Source: Eledone cirrhosa (lineage: Eukaryota). From it: a stretch of DNA of 64,000 nt. The stretch is from the NCBI GenBank assembly GCA_964016885.1, contig OZ024743.1:331762001-331826000 (forward strand), written 5' to 3'. Position 1 is the first letter of the stretch, and each line of letters opens with the position of its first letter. A model generated the notes under the pieces. It ran no database searches, was not told the origin of the DNA, and saw only the letters and a list, made by a program, of their open reading frames with translations. Shown in pieces: positions 11,666-25,256 of this stretch. The position numbers were made by a program, and so were the translations under genes.

Positions 11666-12321
11666 CATCATCATCATCATCATCATCAACGTTTAACGTC
11701 CGTGTTCCACGCTTGCATGGGTTTGGACGGGGGTAGTCCCACTTGAGGCAAGAGTGATTGTCTTGCTCGCATAGGACTGTCTGGCAGGTTTTCTACAGTT
11801 GGATGCCCTTCCTAACACCAACCACATTTACAGTGTGGGTCTGGGAGGTTTTTACTGTGTTGCCTACACGGCCACATTACAGCGTGGACTGTGTGTTTTT
11901 TTGTCGTGACACCTACACGATCTCATTTGTTTTGGCCTCGATGGCGCGGCACCAACATAACTGTACATAGAACGGGGTGGTGTGGATCGGGTGGGGGTGG
12001 TGGCGGTGGGACGGGGTGTATTTTGTTAGAGATGCCTACTGGCTGGAGTAGGTTTTACTATATATTTAGGTAAGGCGGGTCTTCTCTGTTACTGAGTACC
12101 GCCAAAGGTCTCGGTCCAGTGACATTGTCTTGGAGAGGTGTAAGTGTGTGATGTCGGAGTTTATCAGCTCGTCCCAGGTTTTTCTAGGTCTGCCTATTCC
12201 GTGACTACCGTCTATCTTTATTGCCCTGCACTTTGTTATACAGCTATCGACTTTCATGCGCATCACGTGTCCATACCAACGTAGCCTTCTCTCGAGTAAA
12301 CAACATCTGATCCCTCTTATC

Positions 12322-12325
<4 letters not shown>
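11666..12325 (-). mobile_element. RTE LINE 3' fragment (subfamily 1)
   Basis: Encodes IRGIRCCLLERRLRWYGHVMRM...EKTRLT*; 3'UTR; (CAT)n on the plus strand. Confidence 0.9.
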
Positions 12326-12369
<44 letters not shown>

Positions 12370-12758
12370 GGGGGGGGGGCTTGACATGAGTAAACAAAGG
12401 AAATTTTCCAATGGTTACAGATTATATGAGCTAAAATTACAGTCTCAATTATTATACAAGCAGAAAATTGAAAAACATCTCTATATGAAAAGAGAGTATT
12501 TAAGTCTGACAAAAACTGAGTTTTCTATTGTATCTGTGTTTAATGTAGCTAGAGATTCTTGTCAAAGAAGATTATATAAGCTATGTCTTCCATATGATAG
12601 AGATGCGTGATAGCATGTGTGTGTGTGTCTGCATATGTGTATATACGTGTGTGTATATGTGTATGTATATATATATATATAGTATTTATATTGGTGTGTG
12701 TGTGTGTATTGTATTTATATTGGTGTGTATATATATATATATATATATTTGTATATAT

Positions 12759-13076
12759 ATCATCATCATCATCGTTTAACGTCCATTTTCCACGCTAGCA
12801 TGGGTCTGGACAGGAATTGTCCCACTTGAGGCAAGATTGGTTGTCTTGCTCAGGACTGTCTGGTGGGTTTTCTATGGCTGGATGCCCTTCCTAACCCCAA
12901 CCATGTTTACAGTGTGGACTGGGAGGTTTTTACCGTGTTACCTACACGGCCACATTACAGCGTGGACTGTGTGTTTTTTTGTCGTGACACCTAAACGACC
13001 TCATTTATTTAGGACTGGATGTTGTGGTACCAACATAGCTTTACATCGAAAGGGGTGGTGTAGATGACGGTGGGGG

Positions 13077-13077
<1 letters not shown>
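12759..13077 (-). mobile_element. RTE 3'UTR fragment
   Basis: Reverse complement of 11030-11319. Confidence 0.85.
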
Positions 13078-13108
<31 letters not shown>

Positions 13109-13169
13109 CAAGCTTCGAAGAAGAACCTAGAGCTAAAAGGCCTAACAATAAATTTAGCAAAGACAAACG

Positions 13170-13650
13170 TCTTAAGAAGTAGGAAAGAAGACAAGAAGGT
13201 GATAGCATCAGGGAAATGGACTTGTTTGATATGTCAGAAAGGTGTGGGCGTAATTCCATAAGGTGCACACAATGTAATTTATGGATGCTCAAAAGATGTA
13301 ATGGGTTTGCAGGTAGATAAATGGAAAATATAAACTTTACCTGTGGCAGATGCACTGGGGAAGCGAGCTCGAAGAGCACATGTGAAACAGATTCGCTCAG
13401 CTGCCAGAGGGGCTCTATAGAAGTTGTTGACAGCTTTCGGTATCAAAGCCAATCAAATTAGTAGTAGGGGAGAATGCACCGAAGGACACGACAGCCTCCT
13501 TATTGCACTCGGTAGATCGTCAACCATACACGAGATACAGATCCCTGGCCTGCCAGGGTGATCAGTGGCTCTGCTTTAGTACTGACTTGGTCTATCTAGA
13601 CCCCCCTTGGTAGCAGGGAAAGTGGACGCTAAAACAACAACAATGATGAT
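13170..13650 (+). mobile_element. Diverged RTE fragment (PHD-like region and 3' tip)
   Basis: GGGAAATGG..TGT..AGAAAGGTGTGGGCGTAATTCCATA..TGCACACAATGT resembles the GKWPC..CRKGVGRNSI.C..C region; GGACG..(ATG)n end. Confidence 0.65.
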
Positions 13651-13659
13651 ATATATATC

Positions 13660-13830
13660 ATATTTAATATAGAGACGGTTTCTACATGGGCATTCCTGAT
13701 GATTTCATAGAAATGAAACAGTTTTAGTCCTGTAGAAGCCATTTCTATATTAAATATATTTACACTCTACTAATGTATTGAGCATCTTTTTAACTGTGGT
13801 TACACCCATTCTAACTCGGGAGTGTTTAAG
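13660..13830 (+). ncRNA. Hammerhead-like motif in a long hairpin (putative Penelope terminal-repeat fragment)
   Basis: CTGATGA 13696, GAAAC 13715; ~27-bp flanking arms ATATTTAATATAGAGACGGTTTCTACA / TGTAGAAGCCATTTCTATATTAAATAT; proximal stem I is mismatched. Confidence 0.6.
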
Positions 13831-14050
13831 TATGTATATGCACAATTTGGATGGCATATGTATATATATATATACATATATACATATATATATTGTGCTT
13901 TTGTTTTTGTATTTTTCCTGATAAAGGAATATGTTGACTATGATAAAGGAATATGTTGACTATGAAACTCCCTCTTCTTCCTCCAAGCATGAAACTAATA
14001 CAACTTCATGTTATTGCATCCTCTTGTTTGCTTTTTGATTTATATATATA

Positions 14051-14312
14051 TCATCATCACCGTTTTACGTCCGTTCTTCCACGCTAGCATGGGTTAGACG
14101 GGTTGTCCTGTTGTGGGCAGTGTCCGGTCAGTTGACCTTGTCTTGCTCATATGGGAACTGATTCTGATTTGATTTCTACAGCTGGATACCCTTCCTAACA
14201 CCAACCTCATTTACAGTGAGTGCTGGGTGCTTTTTTTCCGTGGCGTCTACACGTCCAATTTACAGTGTGGGCTGGGTGCTTTTTTGTCGTGGCACCTCCA
14301 CGACCACTTTGC
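14051..14312 (-). mobile_element. RTE subfamily 2 3'UTR fragment
   Basis: Reverse complement of 62960-63220. Confidence 0.85.
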
Positions 14313-14527
14313 AGTAAGAGGGGTGGGGGCATTTGTCTATATGCTTCAGCTTCGGTGGGAAGGCATATATATATTGTGCTTCTCTTTTGTATTTTTCCTG
14401 ATAAAGGGTAAATGCCCAATACAATGACTATGTAACTCCCTCTTCTTCCTCCAAGCATGAAACTAATACAACCTCATGTTATTGCATCTTCTTGTTTGCT
14501 TTTTGTTTCCTTGATTTATATATATAG

Positions 14528-14951
14528 ACGTAGTAATACAGAAGACCCGCCTTACCTAGTACAAAGCGAAACCTACAGTCAGTAGGCACCTCTTAACCAA
14601 AATACACCCCTGTCCCAACCCTACTCCCACCGCCATCTACACCACCTCTTTCGATGTAAAGCTATGTTGGTACCACAACACCCAGTCCTAAATAAATGAG
14701 GCCGTGTAGGTGTCAAAACAAAAAAACACACAGTCCACGCTGTAATGTGGCCGTGTAGGTAACACAGTAAACCTCCCAGTCCACATTGTAAACGTGGTTG
14801 GTGTTAGGAAGGGCATCCAGCCGTAGAAAACCCGCCAGACAGTCCTGAGCAAGACAACCAATCTTGCCTGAAGTGGGACAATTTCCCGTCCAGACCCATG
14901 CTAGCGTGGAAAATGGACGTTAAACGATGATGATGATGATGATGATGATGA
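14528..14951 (+). mobile_element. RTE subfamily 1 3' end
   Basis: Near-identical to 10926-11319; (GAT)n tail. Confidence 0.88.
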
Positions 14952-15139
14952 TAGAGAGAGATGCATCTAAAGACTGTTTCCCTTATGATAGACATACACA
15001 ATGACAATAGTGTATAAAAACTGGCAAAGTTATAATAAAAGAATGAAAATGAATTAAAAGAAGAAATGGTGAAAGATTTATCTGTAACATTCAGCAGGAA
15101 TTGTGGAATGGTAAAATATAGAGAAATATAGAGAAAGTA

Positions 15140-17130
15140 GCAGTGGTGGTGGTGCTGGTGGTGGTGGTGGTTGTGGTGGTGGTGGTGGTTGTGGTGGTGG
15201 TGTTGGTGGAAGGAGTGAAAGTGGTGGAGGTGGGTTAGGTTTGGGTGTATGGTGAATGGCTGAGGTGATTGGAGTGGTAGTGCAAATGGTGCTGGGAGTG
15301 GGGTTGGTAGTGGTGGTGAATGGCTAAGTTAGTGGAAGTGGTGGTGGTGGTAGTGGTTTTAGTAGTGATGATGATGATGTTGGTGGGGGTGGTGGTTGAG
15401 GTGGTGGTGTGGTGATGATGGAGATTTGAGAATGGAAGTGTAGAAGGTGGTCGTGATGATAATGGTCTAGTGGAGCTGGTGGGTGTGGAGGTGATTTTGA
15501 TAATGTTGGTAGGGTAGAGGGTTCTTGGATGATGATAACATATATGTTGGTGGTGGTGGTTTTGATGGAGGCAGTGGTGTTGGTGACGGGGTTGATGATG
15601 ATGATGGTGAAGGAATGGTGATGGGCTGATGGTAGTGATGATAGCAAAGATGGATGGATGTGGGAGTGACTATAATGATGGTGGTGCTAGTGGTGGTGTT
15701 GAAAGGGTAGTGGTAGTGATGATGATGATGATGATGGCATAATGGATGGCTGTTGGAATGAATGATAGTGATGATGATAATGATGCTAGTAGTGATGATG
15801 ATGATGGTGGTGGTGGTGGTGCTGGTAGTGATGCTGGTGGTGCCAGCAGTGATGATGATGATGGTGCTGGTGCTGGTAGTGATGATGATGGTAGTGGTAG
15901 TGGTAGGGGTGTTGATGATGATGGATGTTGGAGTGAGTGTGTTGAAGTGAATGATAGTGATGATGATGATAATGGTGCTGGTAGCGATGATGATATTGAT
16001 GGTGATGATGATGATGGATGTGTGAGTGAGTGTGGAAGTGAATGATGATGATGGTGGAGGTGTTGATGATAATGGTGCTGGTAGCGATGATGATATTGAT
16101 GGTGATGATGATGATGGATGGCTGGATGTACATCAAATATCATTTGTTGTTATCTAATGATAATTCTGCAGTCTTTGATTTATTCAGTATCACAGTTCTT
16201 CTAAAACAACCACTCACTGGCAGGGGACATTAATAATAACAACAATAACAACAACAACAACAACAACAACCGTGATGATGATGATAATAACATTAATAAC
16301 AATAACTACAACAACAATAGTAATAACAAAAACAACAACAATAGTAATAACAAAAACAACAACAACAACAACAACAATAATGATGATGATGATAATAATA
16401 TTAACAACAATAATAATAATAATAATAACATTAATAACAATAACAACAACAATAGTAATAATAACAATAATAATAACAACGATGATGATGGTGATGGTGG
16501 TGGTGGTGGTGGTCGCCACGGTGATGATAAAACCCTGGGTAGCTAAATTCTAAGGAAATAATCTCAAAACAAATAAATGGTGCAAGACTATTTTCTGTCA
16601 TCTTTATCATACCCCTCAGTCTCCACCTCATTCACCATCACCACCACCACCACCACCACCACCACCATCAGCAGCAGCACATCCATCACCACCACCATCA
16701 CCACCATTATCTCCACCCACCATCATCACACTCACCAACACATCCATCACTACCACCATCGCCACCATCATCATCATCATCACCTCCAACTCCACCATTC
16801 TCATCAACACATCTGCTGTTACTGTGGTTGTTATTGTTGTGGTAGTATTTGTTGTAGTGGTTGCAGTAGCAGTGGTTGTTGTTGTAGATGTTGTGGTTGT
16901 GGTGGTTGTTGTGGTTGTTGTAGTTATTGTGGTTGTAGTTATTGTTGTGGTGGTTGTGGTAGTTGTTGTTGTAGTTATTGTTGTGGTGATAGTGGTTGTG
17001 GTAGTAGTGGTGGTTGTTGTAGTGGTAGTAGTAGTGGAAGTGGTTGTTGTAGTTGTTATTATTGTTGTTGTGGTAGTAGTAGTGGAAGTGGTTGTTGTAG
17101 TGGTTGTGGTAGTAGTGATTATTGTTGTAG
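15140..17130. repeat. Low-complexity trinucleotide field (GGT/GAT/AAC/AAT/CAC/GTT)
   Basis: Visible runs; source of the poly-V/H/T/C ORF artefacts. Confidence 0.9.
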
Positions 17131-17659
17131 GTATCTATTCTGTCAGCAGCTATACTACTACAGCTGACGTAACTATGGTTTCAGCAACATTGTAATAGAA
17201 TTAATATTTATTTAATGATGTTGTTGTTATAGTTGATATTGTTGTAGTAGTTGTTGTTGCTTGCACTGTTGCTGTTGTGATACTATCTAAATTTCCAAAA
17301 TATCCCTTCTATATGTTAATATTCTTCATATAACTGGCACTGCAGGGGACATACCTCTTATCAGCTGTCAGATGGATATTTCTATGATTTCTGTACTTTT
17401 TTGACAGTACCATTCCCTCCAGTGGTTTCAAACAGTGTTGATGCTATGAGCTAATGTCCAGGGTTTTATGGTCCACCCTGTGGCATGATGTTCCTCCATT
17501 AGCCATGCCACTATCACCAGAATCATGATGCTACTTTAACTGTTCCTCAGCATTCACACATTATTATGTTCCCTCCTTGCTGAGGATCTGTTCCTTGTTC
17601 TCAGTTCTAGTCTTTCATATAACATCTGCCAGATCTATAATGAAGCTTTTTCTTCATCT

Positions 17660-18370
17660 CTCTCCTTTCTCAGTCCAATACCACCCACCCAGGTAAGATA
17701 TGGTAGATCTAATCATAAATCTACAACACCCCACTTCAAATCCTCTCCAGGTCCTCACTCACATCTCTACTGTTCTTTCTCAGTCCAATACCACCCAGGT
17801 AAGATAAGGTAGATCTAGTCATAAATCCATGACATCCCACCTCAAATCTCCTCTCTACTCTTCTAAGTCTAACACCACCCAGGTAAGCTAAGGTGGATCT
17901 AGCCATAAATCCAGTTACTAGATATTGTTGATGTTGTTGCTGTTATATAACCTTTATATATGTTTATTACACAACACTAGTTACACCTAAACGTTGTTGT
18001 TGCTATGGTGGTGGTTTTGATATATCCTTTATATAACACTCCAGTTACAGCTAGCTGTTGTTATTGTTGTTGTTATTGTTGTCTTTGTGATGTATCCCTT
18101 ATATAATACTCCAGTTACAGTTAACTGTTGTTGTTGTTGCTGTGGTATTCCCCTTATATAACATCCCAGTTACAGCTGTTGTTGTTGTTGTGGTATACCC
18201 CTTATATAACACTCCAGTTACTGTATACTGTTGTTGCTGTGGTATATAATACCCCAATTACAGTATACTGTTGTTGTTGCTGTAGTATATCTCTTATATA
18301 ATACCCCAGTTACAGTATACTGTTGTTGTTGCTGTGGTATACCCTTTATATAATATCCCAGTTACAACAT
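17660..18370. repeat. Degenerate tandem repeats (~90-100 bp x3, then ~55 bp x7)
   Basis: CCACCCAGGTAAG..GGTAGATCTA three times; CCAGTTACAG..TGTTGTTGTTG..CCTTTATATAA recurring. Confidence 0.7.
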
Positions 18371-18479
18371 AAATTCCAGCGTTCATGTTAAGAAATATAC
18401 AAAAATAAATCAGTGAATGGATGACTGGCCAATAACATGGTAGAATTAAATTATTGCATTTGTCTTCATCTTCAAATAT

Positions 18480-20135
18480 TGTTGTTGATGGTGGTAGTGG
18501 TGGTGGTGGTGGTGATGTTGGTAGTGATGTTGGTGGTGGTGGTGGTGGTGGTGGTGATGGTGGTGTTAGTGATGTTGTGTTGGTGGTGGTAGTGGTGGTG
18601 TCGTTAGTGGTGGTGTTGGTGGTGGTGTTGTTAGTGATGTTAGTGGTGGTGGTGGTGTTGTTAGTGATGTTGGAGTTGGTGGTGTTGGTGTTGGTAGTGG
18701 TGGTGTTGGTAGTGGTGGTGTTGGTGGTGGTGGTGGTGTTGGTGGTGGTGGTGGTGGTGGTGGTGGTGTTGGTAGTGATGTTGGTGGTGGTGGTGGTGGT
18801 GGTGGTGGTGGTGGTGGTGGTGGTGGTGGTGATGTTGGTGGTGTTGGTGGTGTTGGTGGTGGTGGTGGTGTTGGTAGTGATGTTGGTGGTGGTGGTGGTG
18901 TTGTTAGTGATGCTGGAGTTGTTGGTGTTGGTAGTGGTGGTGTTGGTGGTGTTGGTGGTGGTGGTGTTGGTAGTGATGTTGGTGGTGGTGGTGTTGGTAG
19001 TGATGGTGATGTTGGTGTTAGTGATGTTGGTGGTGGTGTTGGTAGTGGTGGTGGTGGTGTTGGTAGTGATGTTGGTGGTGGTGTTGGTAGTGGTGGTGGT
19101 GGTGTTGGTAGTGATGTTGGTGGTGGTGTTGGTAGTGATGTTGGTGGTGGTGGTGTTGGTAGTAATGGTGGTGGTGGTGGTGTTAGTGATGTTGGTGGTG
19201 GTGGTAATCCTTGTGTTGTTGGCGTTGTTGTTGTTGTGGTGGTGGTCGTGGTAGTGGTGGTGGTCATCATTTTGTTATTGTGGTGGTGATGATGTAACTG
19301 TTGGGAAGAGGGGATGTTGCCTTGGTGGTTGTATTGGAGTGGTGTAGCTGTTGGGTGGAATGGGGTTTGTTTATGTGGTAGTGGTGGTGGTGTAGCTGCT
19401 GTTGTTGTTGCTGTTGTGGTTGTTGGTGCAGATGATTGTTTTGTAGCTGCTGCTGTTGCTATTGCTGTTACTGTTGTTGTTGTTACATAAATCAAATAAA
19501 TAGATGCCCTCTTTCCACCACACCCTCCCCACCACCACCACCACCACCAAATATGAAGAAAGAAAGGCTAGAAGTAGAATGTCAAAGTTTTGCTATCAAG
19601 CCAACAACAACAACAGAGGTTCCAACCCAAAGCTGGATATCATTAATAGAAAATGGTCAAACTGATTCAATCTAGACAGAATGTCTGAGAACATTCTTAC
19701 CACCACCATCATCACCATCACCATCACCATCATCATTACCACAACCACCATCATCACCACCAACATCACCACCACTACAATCATCATCACCACAACCACC
19801 ATCATCACCACCACCACCATCATCATTACCACAACCACCATCATCATCGTTACCACAACCACCATCATCACCACCACCACCATCACCACCACCATCATCG
19901 TTACCACAACCACTATCATCACCACCACCACCATCACCACCACCATCATCGTTACCACAACCACCATCATCATCATCATCAGAACCACTACCGTCATCAC
20001 CACAACCACCACCGTCATCATCACAACCACCACCACCATCCCCACAATCACTATTACCACCACCACAAAAACAACAACCCCCTCCTCCCATCATCGTCAT
20101 CATCATCATCATCATCACCATCATCATCATCATGG
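18480..20135. repeat. (GGT/GTT)n tract followed by (CAC/CAT)n tract
   Basis: Visible runs. Confidence 0.9.
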
Positions 20136-20369
20136 AATATTCTATTGGCGCCATCTTGGCTTTGGAATCAATAAAATAAAGTGATTTTTGATGAAATCTT
20201 TCTCTCCACGTGCCCGCCCCTCCCCCCCCACTCCATATAACTAAACCACCCCACCACCCCTATCATTTCAAAAATTTATTTTAAAACAGAATGGGCCTTC
20301 ACCAGTTTCAATGATGATTGTCCCAGTTGGTCAATCAATGAGACAGTCAGTCAGCTAATGAAATTAACA

Positions 20370-20600
20370 TGTAAGTGGCTGAACATTCTAGAAACACATG
20401 TGGACCCTTAACATAATTCTCACTGAGATTTAGCATGATACAGTCTGGTCCTTTAAATTACCGGTACAGTTCACCTTTTGGTATAAGTGTCTGAACATTC
20501 CAGAAACACATGTACCTACCCTTAACATAATTCTCAGGGAGATTCAGTATGACAGTGTGTGACAACCTGTTCCTTTGAATTATCGGTACAGTCCACCTGA
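20370..20600 (-). mobile_element. Two tandem SINE 3'-half fragments
   Basis: TAAGTG.CTGAACATTC.AGAAACACATG...CCTTAACATAATTCTCA...GGTACAGT.CACC occurs twice. Confidence 0.55.
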
Positions 20601-20637
20601 TGGGCTTCCAAACAGTTTCCATCTACCCAATTTCACT

Positions 20638-20930
20638 TACTCTCGGGTCCCAAATTATAGGGAGGGTTAGAATAAGTGGGGGTGGGTGGAATTAGTGAGG
20701 GCGGGTGGAATAAGTGGAGGTGTGGGGATTGGAAAATCAGTAATTTTTCTAGGTTGTCTCCGTTGATTTTTTTTAAAACCAGAATTAATCGCTTAGTTTA
20801 CATATTGAAACCCCATCCTATTTATTTTATAATGCCTGAGATTTCTAGTAATGATATTTTGTTTTTTGTCATGTATAATGTCTTTTAATGTGTAGAGAAA
20901 GTTATTAGTTGCAGGAATACCCGAGACTAC
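20638..20930. mobile_element. Non-autonomous DNA-transposon-like repeat; homologue at 50410-50746
   Basis: Shared ~170-bp block TTTTTCTAGGTTGTCTC..TTAGTTTACATATTGA..GCAGGAAT; terminal TACTCTCGGGTC vs GACCCAAGAGTA. Confidence 0.55.
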
Positions 20931-21214
20931 AAAGCACGAATTCACTTGAGGTTATTGTAAATGACACTTGTCCAAGATGCCATGAAGTGGAATTGAACCT
21001 GGGACCTTATGATTATAAAGCCAAACTCCTCAACAATTTGGAGATTCCTTTCATTCCAAAAGAAAAGAAAAGAAAAGAAAAGTGGGAAGTTTTGAAAGAA
21101 TAACTGTAAAACATTTCCACTAATTTATTACAGGAAGAGAGTCTTAAAGTCTAAGACATGAGAAACTTGCAAGGAAGTTTTTTTATATAGTTTCTTCTTT
21201 TTTAATAATATTTA

Positions 21215-21219
21215 CGTTG

Positions 21220-21250
<31 letters not shown>

Positions 21251-21775
21251 ACCTTGTTATGTAGTGTAATGGTATGATACCAACAGTAGAGATGGTGTTG
21301 GCGTAGGTGGTGGTGGCAGTGTAAGTGGTGGTTGTTGTTGTTGTTGTTGGTAGTGGTGTTGGTGGTGATGTTTGTGGTAGTGTTGTTGTTGGTGGTGGTG
21401 GTGTTCTTGGTGGTGGTGTTGTTCTTGGTGGTGGTGGTGATGTTGTTGGTGGTGGTGGTGGTGGTGGTGGTGGTGATATCATTAATGTTTTGTTACATGT
21501 GAAAGAGTGAAGGTGGTGATGGAGGGGAAAATGGCATGATGATTGCAAAGCCAAGATAGTTACATAGTGATAAAAGTGGTGGTGGTGGTAGTGGTGGTGG
21601 TGATAACAGTGAAAGTGGTGTTGGTGGTGGTGGTAATGAAGGTAGTGGTGGTGTTAGTGAAGGTGGTGTTAGTGGTGGTGGTAGTGGTGATGATAGAGGT
21701 GGTGGTGGTTGGAATGGTAATGAAAATGTCGGTGGTGGTGGTGGTGATGGTGGTCTTCATTGTCATGGTGATAGT
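21215..21775. repeat. (GGT/GTT)n low-complexity tract
   Basis: Visible runs. Confidence 0.85.
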
Positions 21776-21984
21776 AGCTAGCAGTGGATTACTGCAGATT
21801 AAGTAGATGAGATAAGTTGATATTGAATACATAATCTTTAAATGACCTCAGAAATCTAAAATCTGCCATAACTGACCATACAGAGAGAAATACTTAGATG
21901 ACCCCTTTCGATACTAACCTGACTAATCCACACCCCCTGGTTCTCTGATACTAAACTGACCAATTCAAAGTCTTCATAATTATA

Positions 21985-22213
21985 TTAACCCTTTAGCATT
22001 AACATTACTCTATATATACTATTGTATTTTTGTAGTAAACACTTTATCTTACATAATTATCTCACATAATATCAAATCTATGAGATTTTGATATTATTTA
22101 TTTTGAGAACAATACCTTAACATCAGTATAAGCGGCCAGTTTCAACTGGTTTGAACAGAAAGAGGTGAGACATTTCTGGCAAGATACGGCCAGTTTGAAT
22201 GATAAAGGGTCGA
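21985..22213. mobile_element. piggyBac-type MITE; same family as 41650-41878 in opposite orientation
   Basis: TTAA-CCCTTTAG ... ATAAAGGG termini; internal sequence is the reverse complement of the 41.7-kb copy. Confidence 0.7.
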
Positions 22214-22413
22214 AGCCTCTCATCATAATTTCATGTTAAAATGTTTTTTTAGATTATGTTCAAACATTGAGTTAATAATGGCTTCAGATTTAGACACATG
22301 ACCAACAACTTGGGGTGAAGAAAACAAAGATATATTCATTTTATTAAGGCTAAATAGTGAGTCTTGTAACTCTGGATTTTTGCCTGTTTATCACAGGGTC
22401 ATCAGACAGTAAT

Positions 22414-22585
22414 AATCGTTTCTACCTTTGGCACAAGGCAATTATCCAGTGCATTACTGCTACTTTATTTTATCGACCCCATAAGGATGAAAGGCAAAGT
22501 TAACCTCGGCGGGATTTGAACTCAGGATTTGAACACCTGCAAAGCAAGGTGTCCGACTCTCTACCAATACTGCCAATCTACCAAT
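22414..22585 (-). mobile_element. SINE family A
   Basis: ATCGACCCCATAAGGATGAAAGGCAAAGTTAACCTCGGCGGGATTTGAACTC. Confidence 0.85.
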
Positions 22586-22605
22586 CAGACAGTATTAATT
22601 ATATT

Positions 22606-22957
22606 ATATATCATCATCATCATCATCATCATCATTTTACGTCCACTTTTCCCTGCTTGCAAGGGTGGGATGGGAACTGATTCTGGCTTGATTTCTACAG
22701 CTGGATGCCCTTCCTAACACCAACCTCATTTACAGTGAGTGCTGGGTGCTTTTTTACCGTGGCACCTCCACGACCACTTTGCAGTGGAATGATAGGGACC
22801 CCAGTCCCTATCATCTCATTTCCACAGCTGAGTAAACTGGAGCAATGTGAAATAAAGTGTCTTGCTCAAGGAAACAACACATCACCCGGTCTGAGAATTG
22901 AACTCACAACCTATCGATTGCAAGGCCAATGCTCTAACCACTAAGCCATGTGCCTCC
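22606..22957 (-). mobile_element. SINE family B, full length
   Basis: Reverse complement of 11328-11662, including the tRNA head GGAGGCACATGGCTTAGTGG. Confidence 0.9.
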
Positions 22958-22959
22958 AT

Positions 22960-23032
<73 letters not shown>

Positions 23033-23634
23033 GGGGGGGGGAGAAAGAGAGAGAGAGAGAGCACAAACTCTTGATTTAACAGACCAAATAATAATAATGA
23101 TTTCTTTATTAGCAACAATCTTAACTATAATAAAGGAAGGTCTGCGGAACTGCGTCCAGAATATATTTTTTTACCCCGTTTGTAAAATAAGCTGGATTAC
23201 TTTGAATAAATAATGAATATTACCTAATTTATGTGCTAAATTTCACGGCTATTGATTAAATATATTTTATAGCTTAATCTTTAAAATTCACTTTTTTAAA
23301 ATTATCAAATGTCAACACTTCCGGTTAGTGGCCGTTATATTATAACACTTATAATCACATATATTTCCGTCGCTAATTTTCTCCTAATGCAGTTTATATA
23401 TAATGTCGTCTTTTTTTAATATATCATGGATTACTGATTACAGGAGACAGTGTAACCTAGGCTTTGTTCAATTTCTGTGTATATTGTCAATTACGATTTT
23501 ATTTGATGTATCATATCTACATGCATATATATGTGTGTATAATATCAATATACACACTACACATGCTAGCAGAAAACCACTCGTAGGGTGGTTTTTCTGC
23601 TAGTAATAATAGTGGTTTTTCTGCTAGTAATAAT

Positions 23635-23855
23635 AATGATTTCTATTTTAGGCACAATGGCAGTAATTTTTGTGGGGAGGAGAAAGTCGATTAAATAGAC
23701 CCCAGTGCATTACTGGTACTTTAATTTGTCAACCCAGTAAAGATGAAAGGCAAAGTTAACCTTGGTGGGATTTGAACTCAGAGTGTAAAAGAATGTATCT
23801 ATATGCCACAAAGCATGTTGTCCAACATTCTGCTGATATTGCCAATTCACTACCC
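23635..23855 (-). mobile_element. SINE family A, long variant
   Basis: Carries an extra GGGGAGGAGAAAGTCGATTAAATAGACCCC segment. Confidence 0.8.
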
Positions 23856-25114
23856 TGAACATTGACTTAATTAGGAGAAAGTTAGTTATCTTATCAAATT
23901 TCATTTAATAATATATTTTCAAAAGGCATGAGGCTGAATTAAGTGCAAGAATTGCAGGACCTGGTGCAGAGGTTACTTCTGACATGACCTGCTGGAAGGG
24001 GTGTTTGAGGATTCTGCCAGTGTATTTCATGAGAAATATGTTGACAAAGGTGTTAGACACACAAATTGACAATTGTGACATAATCTCTACAGCTGGATAT
24101 TCTTCTTAAGATCAATCTAACAGAGTGCACTGGGTGCTTTTATCATAGTACCAGCATTAGAGAAGTCATCATGCCCCCATAAGTCTAAAGTCACTTCACT
24201 ATGTTGTCTCTGTTTGAGCATCAAACCCTTTCCAAAGTGTAGTGGGTGCTTTTTATTATGTCACCAGTACAAAAGAAGTTGTCAGATCCCCAACAAGACT
24301 AAAGTCTCCTCTCTATGTTGTCTGTTTAAGTGTCAGCCTCTTTACAGAGTGTACTGGGTGCACTTTATGCAATCTCTGTTCCTTCAGTCATCAAATAGAA
24401 ACACACACACACACACTCTTGCCATCCTCTTTCCACAGCATGATCAACATTTTGATAAGTAATTCCTCTTCTAGTTCTCTCTCTCACACATACACCATAC
24501 ACACATCCTTACCTCCCCCATTTCACCAGGACAGACGTTTTACACCAACTTTACTATAATAACTGGTTATGAGACTACAAAACATATACCTAGCTTGTCT
24601 GGGAGAACAGTAACCACTGCTTCAGTACTGACTTGGTCTATGTAAACCCATCCAACCCTTGGTGGCAGAGAAACTATGATGATGATGATGATGAAAATAT
24701 GATTTTTTTTTCTTTTTTCCATTTGCTTTTTTAAAGGCTCATTCATCTTAATGGTAGGTTGAATTGTTTCAATTGAGAATAAAAGTATACTAAACACACA
24801 CATCTATACAGACATATATATATATACAATCAGAGATACACACACACAGACACATGTATACATACACACATTCCAATACATATATATCTGCTCTCCCTGT
24901 CTGTCTGTCTCTCTCCCTTTCTCCACCACCCTCTTCTCTCTCTCACCCCTTTGTCACTCTCCATGTTTCAATATATGTCACCCTCACCCCAACCAATTCA
25001 ATAAGAAGGGGTCTCTGCACTTTGATTTTCATGTTTATTTTTATTTCTACTTTCCCATCGTTTCATGTTTTTCCCATTAACTCCCCTCCTCACTCCTCCT
25101 CGAAGTTCCTCCTC

Positions 25115-25160
25115 CCTACTTTCCTATGAAGGACTTATGTCCGAAACATTGTAACCCACA
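25115..25160 (+). ncRNA. Degenerate hammerhead motif
   Basis: CCTATGAAG GAC TTAT GTC CGAAAC ATT GTA; one base is missing from the CTGATGA core; related decayed copies near 13918 and 14398. Confidence 0.45.
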
Positions 25161-25212
25161 CACTCTCACCAAGCGCGAAGCTCCTGCATGCGTTTGTTTG
25201 TCCTTTTGAACT

Positions 25213-25256
<44 letters not shown>

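Noticed and set aside
11700-12180. A few plus-strand A-to-G differences in the antisense RTE copy
   Set aside because: Only about 6-9 among many other substitutions, so not distinguishable from ordinary divergence by eye; worth including as a control for the hyperediting finding
16577-17167. His/Cys-rich ORF resembling a keratin-associated or metallothionein-like protein
   Set aside because: Direct translation of CAC and TGT/GGT microsatellites; all frames give homopolymeric ORFs
18454-20184. Poly-Pro, poly-Val, poly-Thr and Gly/Asp ORFs
   Set aside because: Trinucleotide low-complexity artefacts
23566-23630. CTAG-terminated hairpin resembling a Helitron 3' end
   Set aside because: No matching 5' TC terminus identified; may be a local fold-back plus duplication
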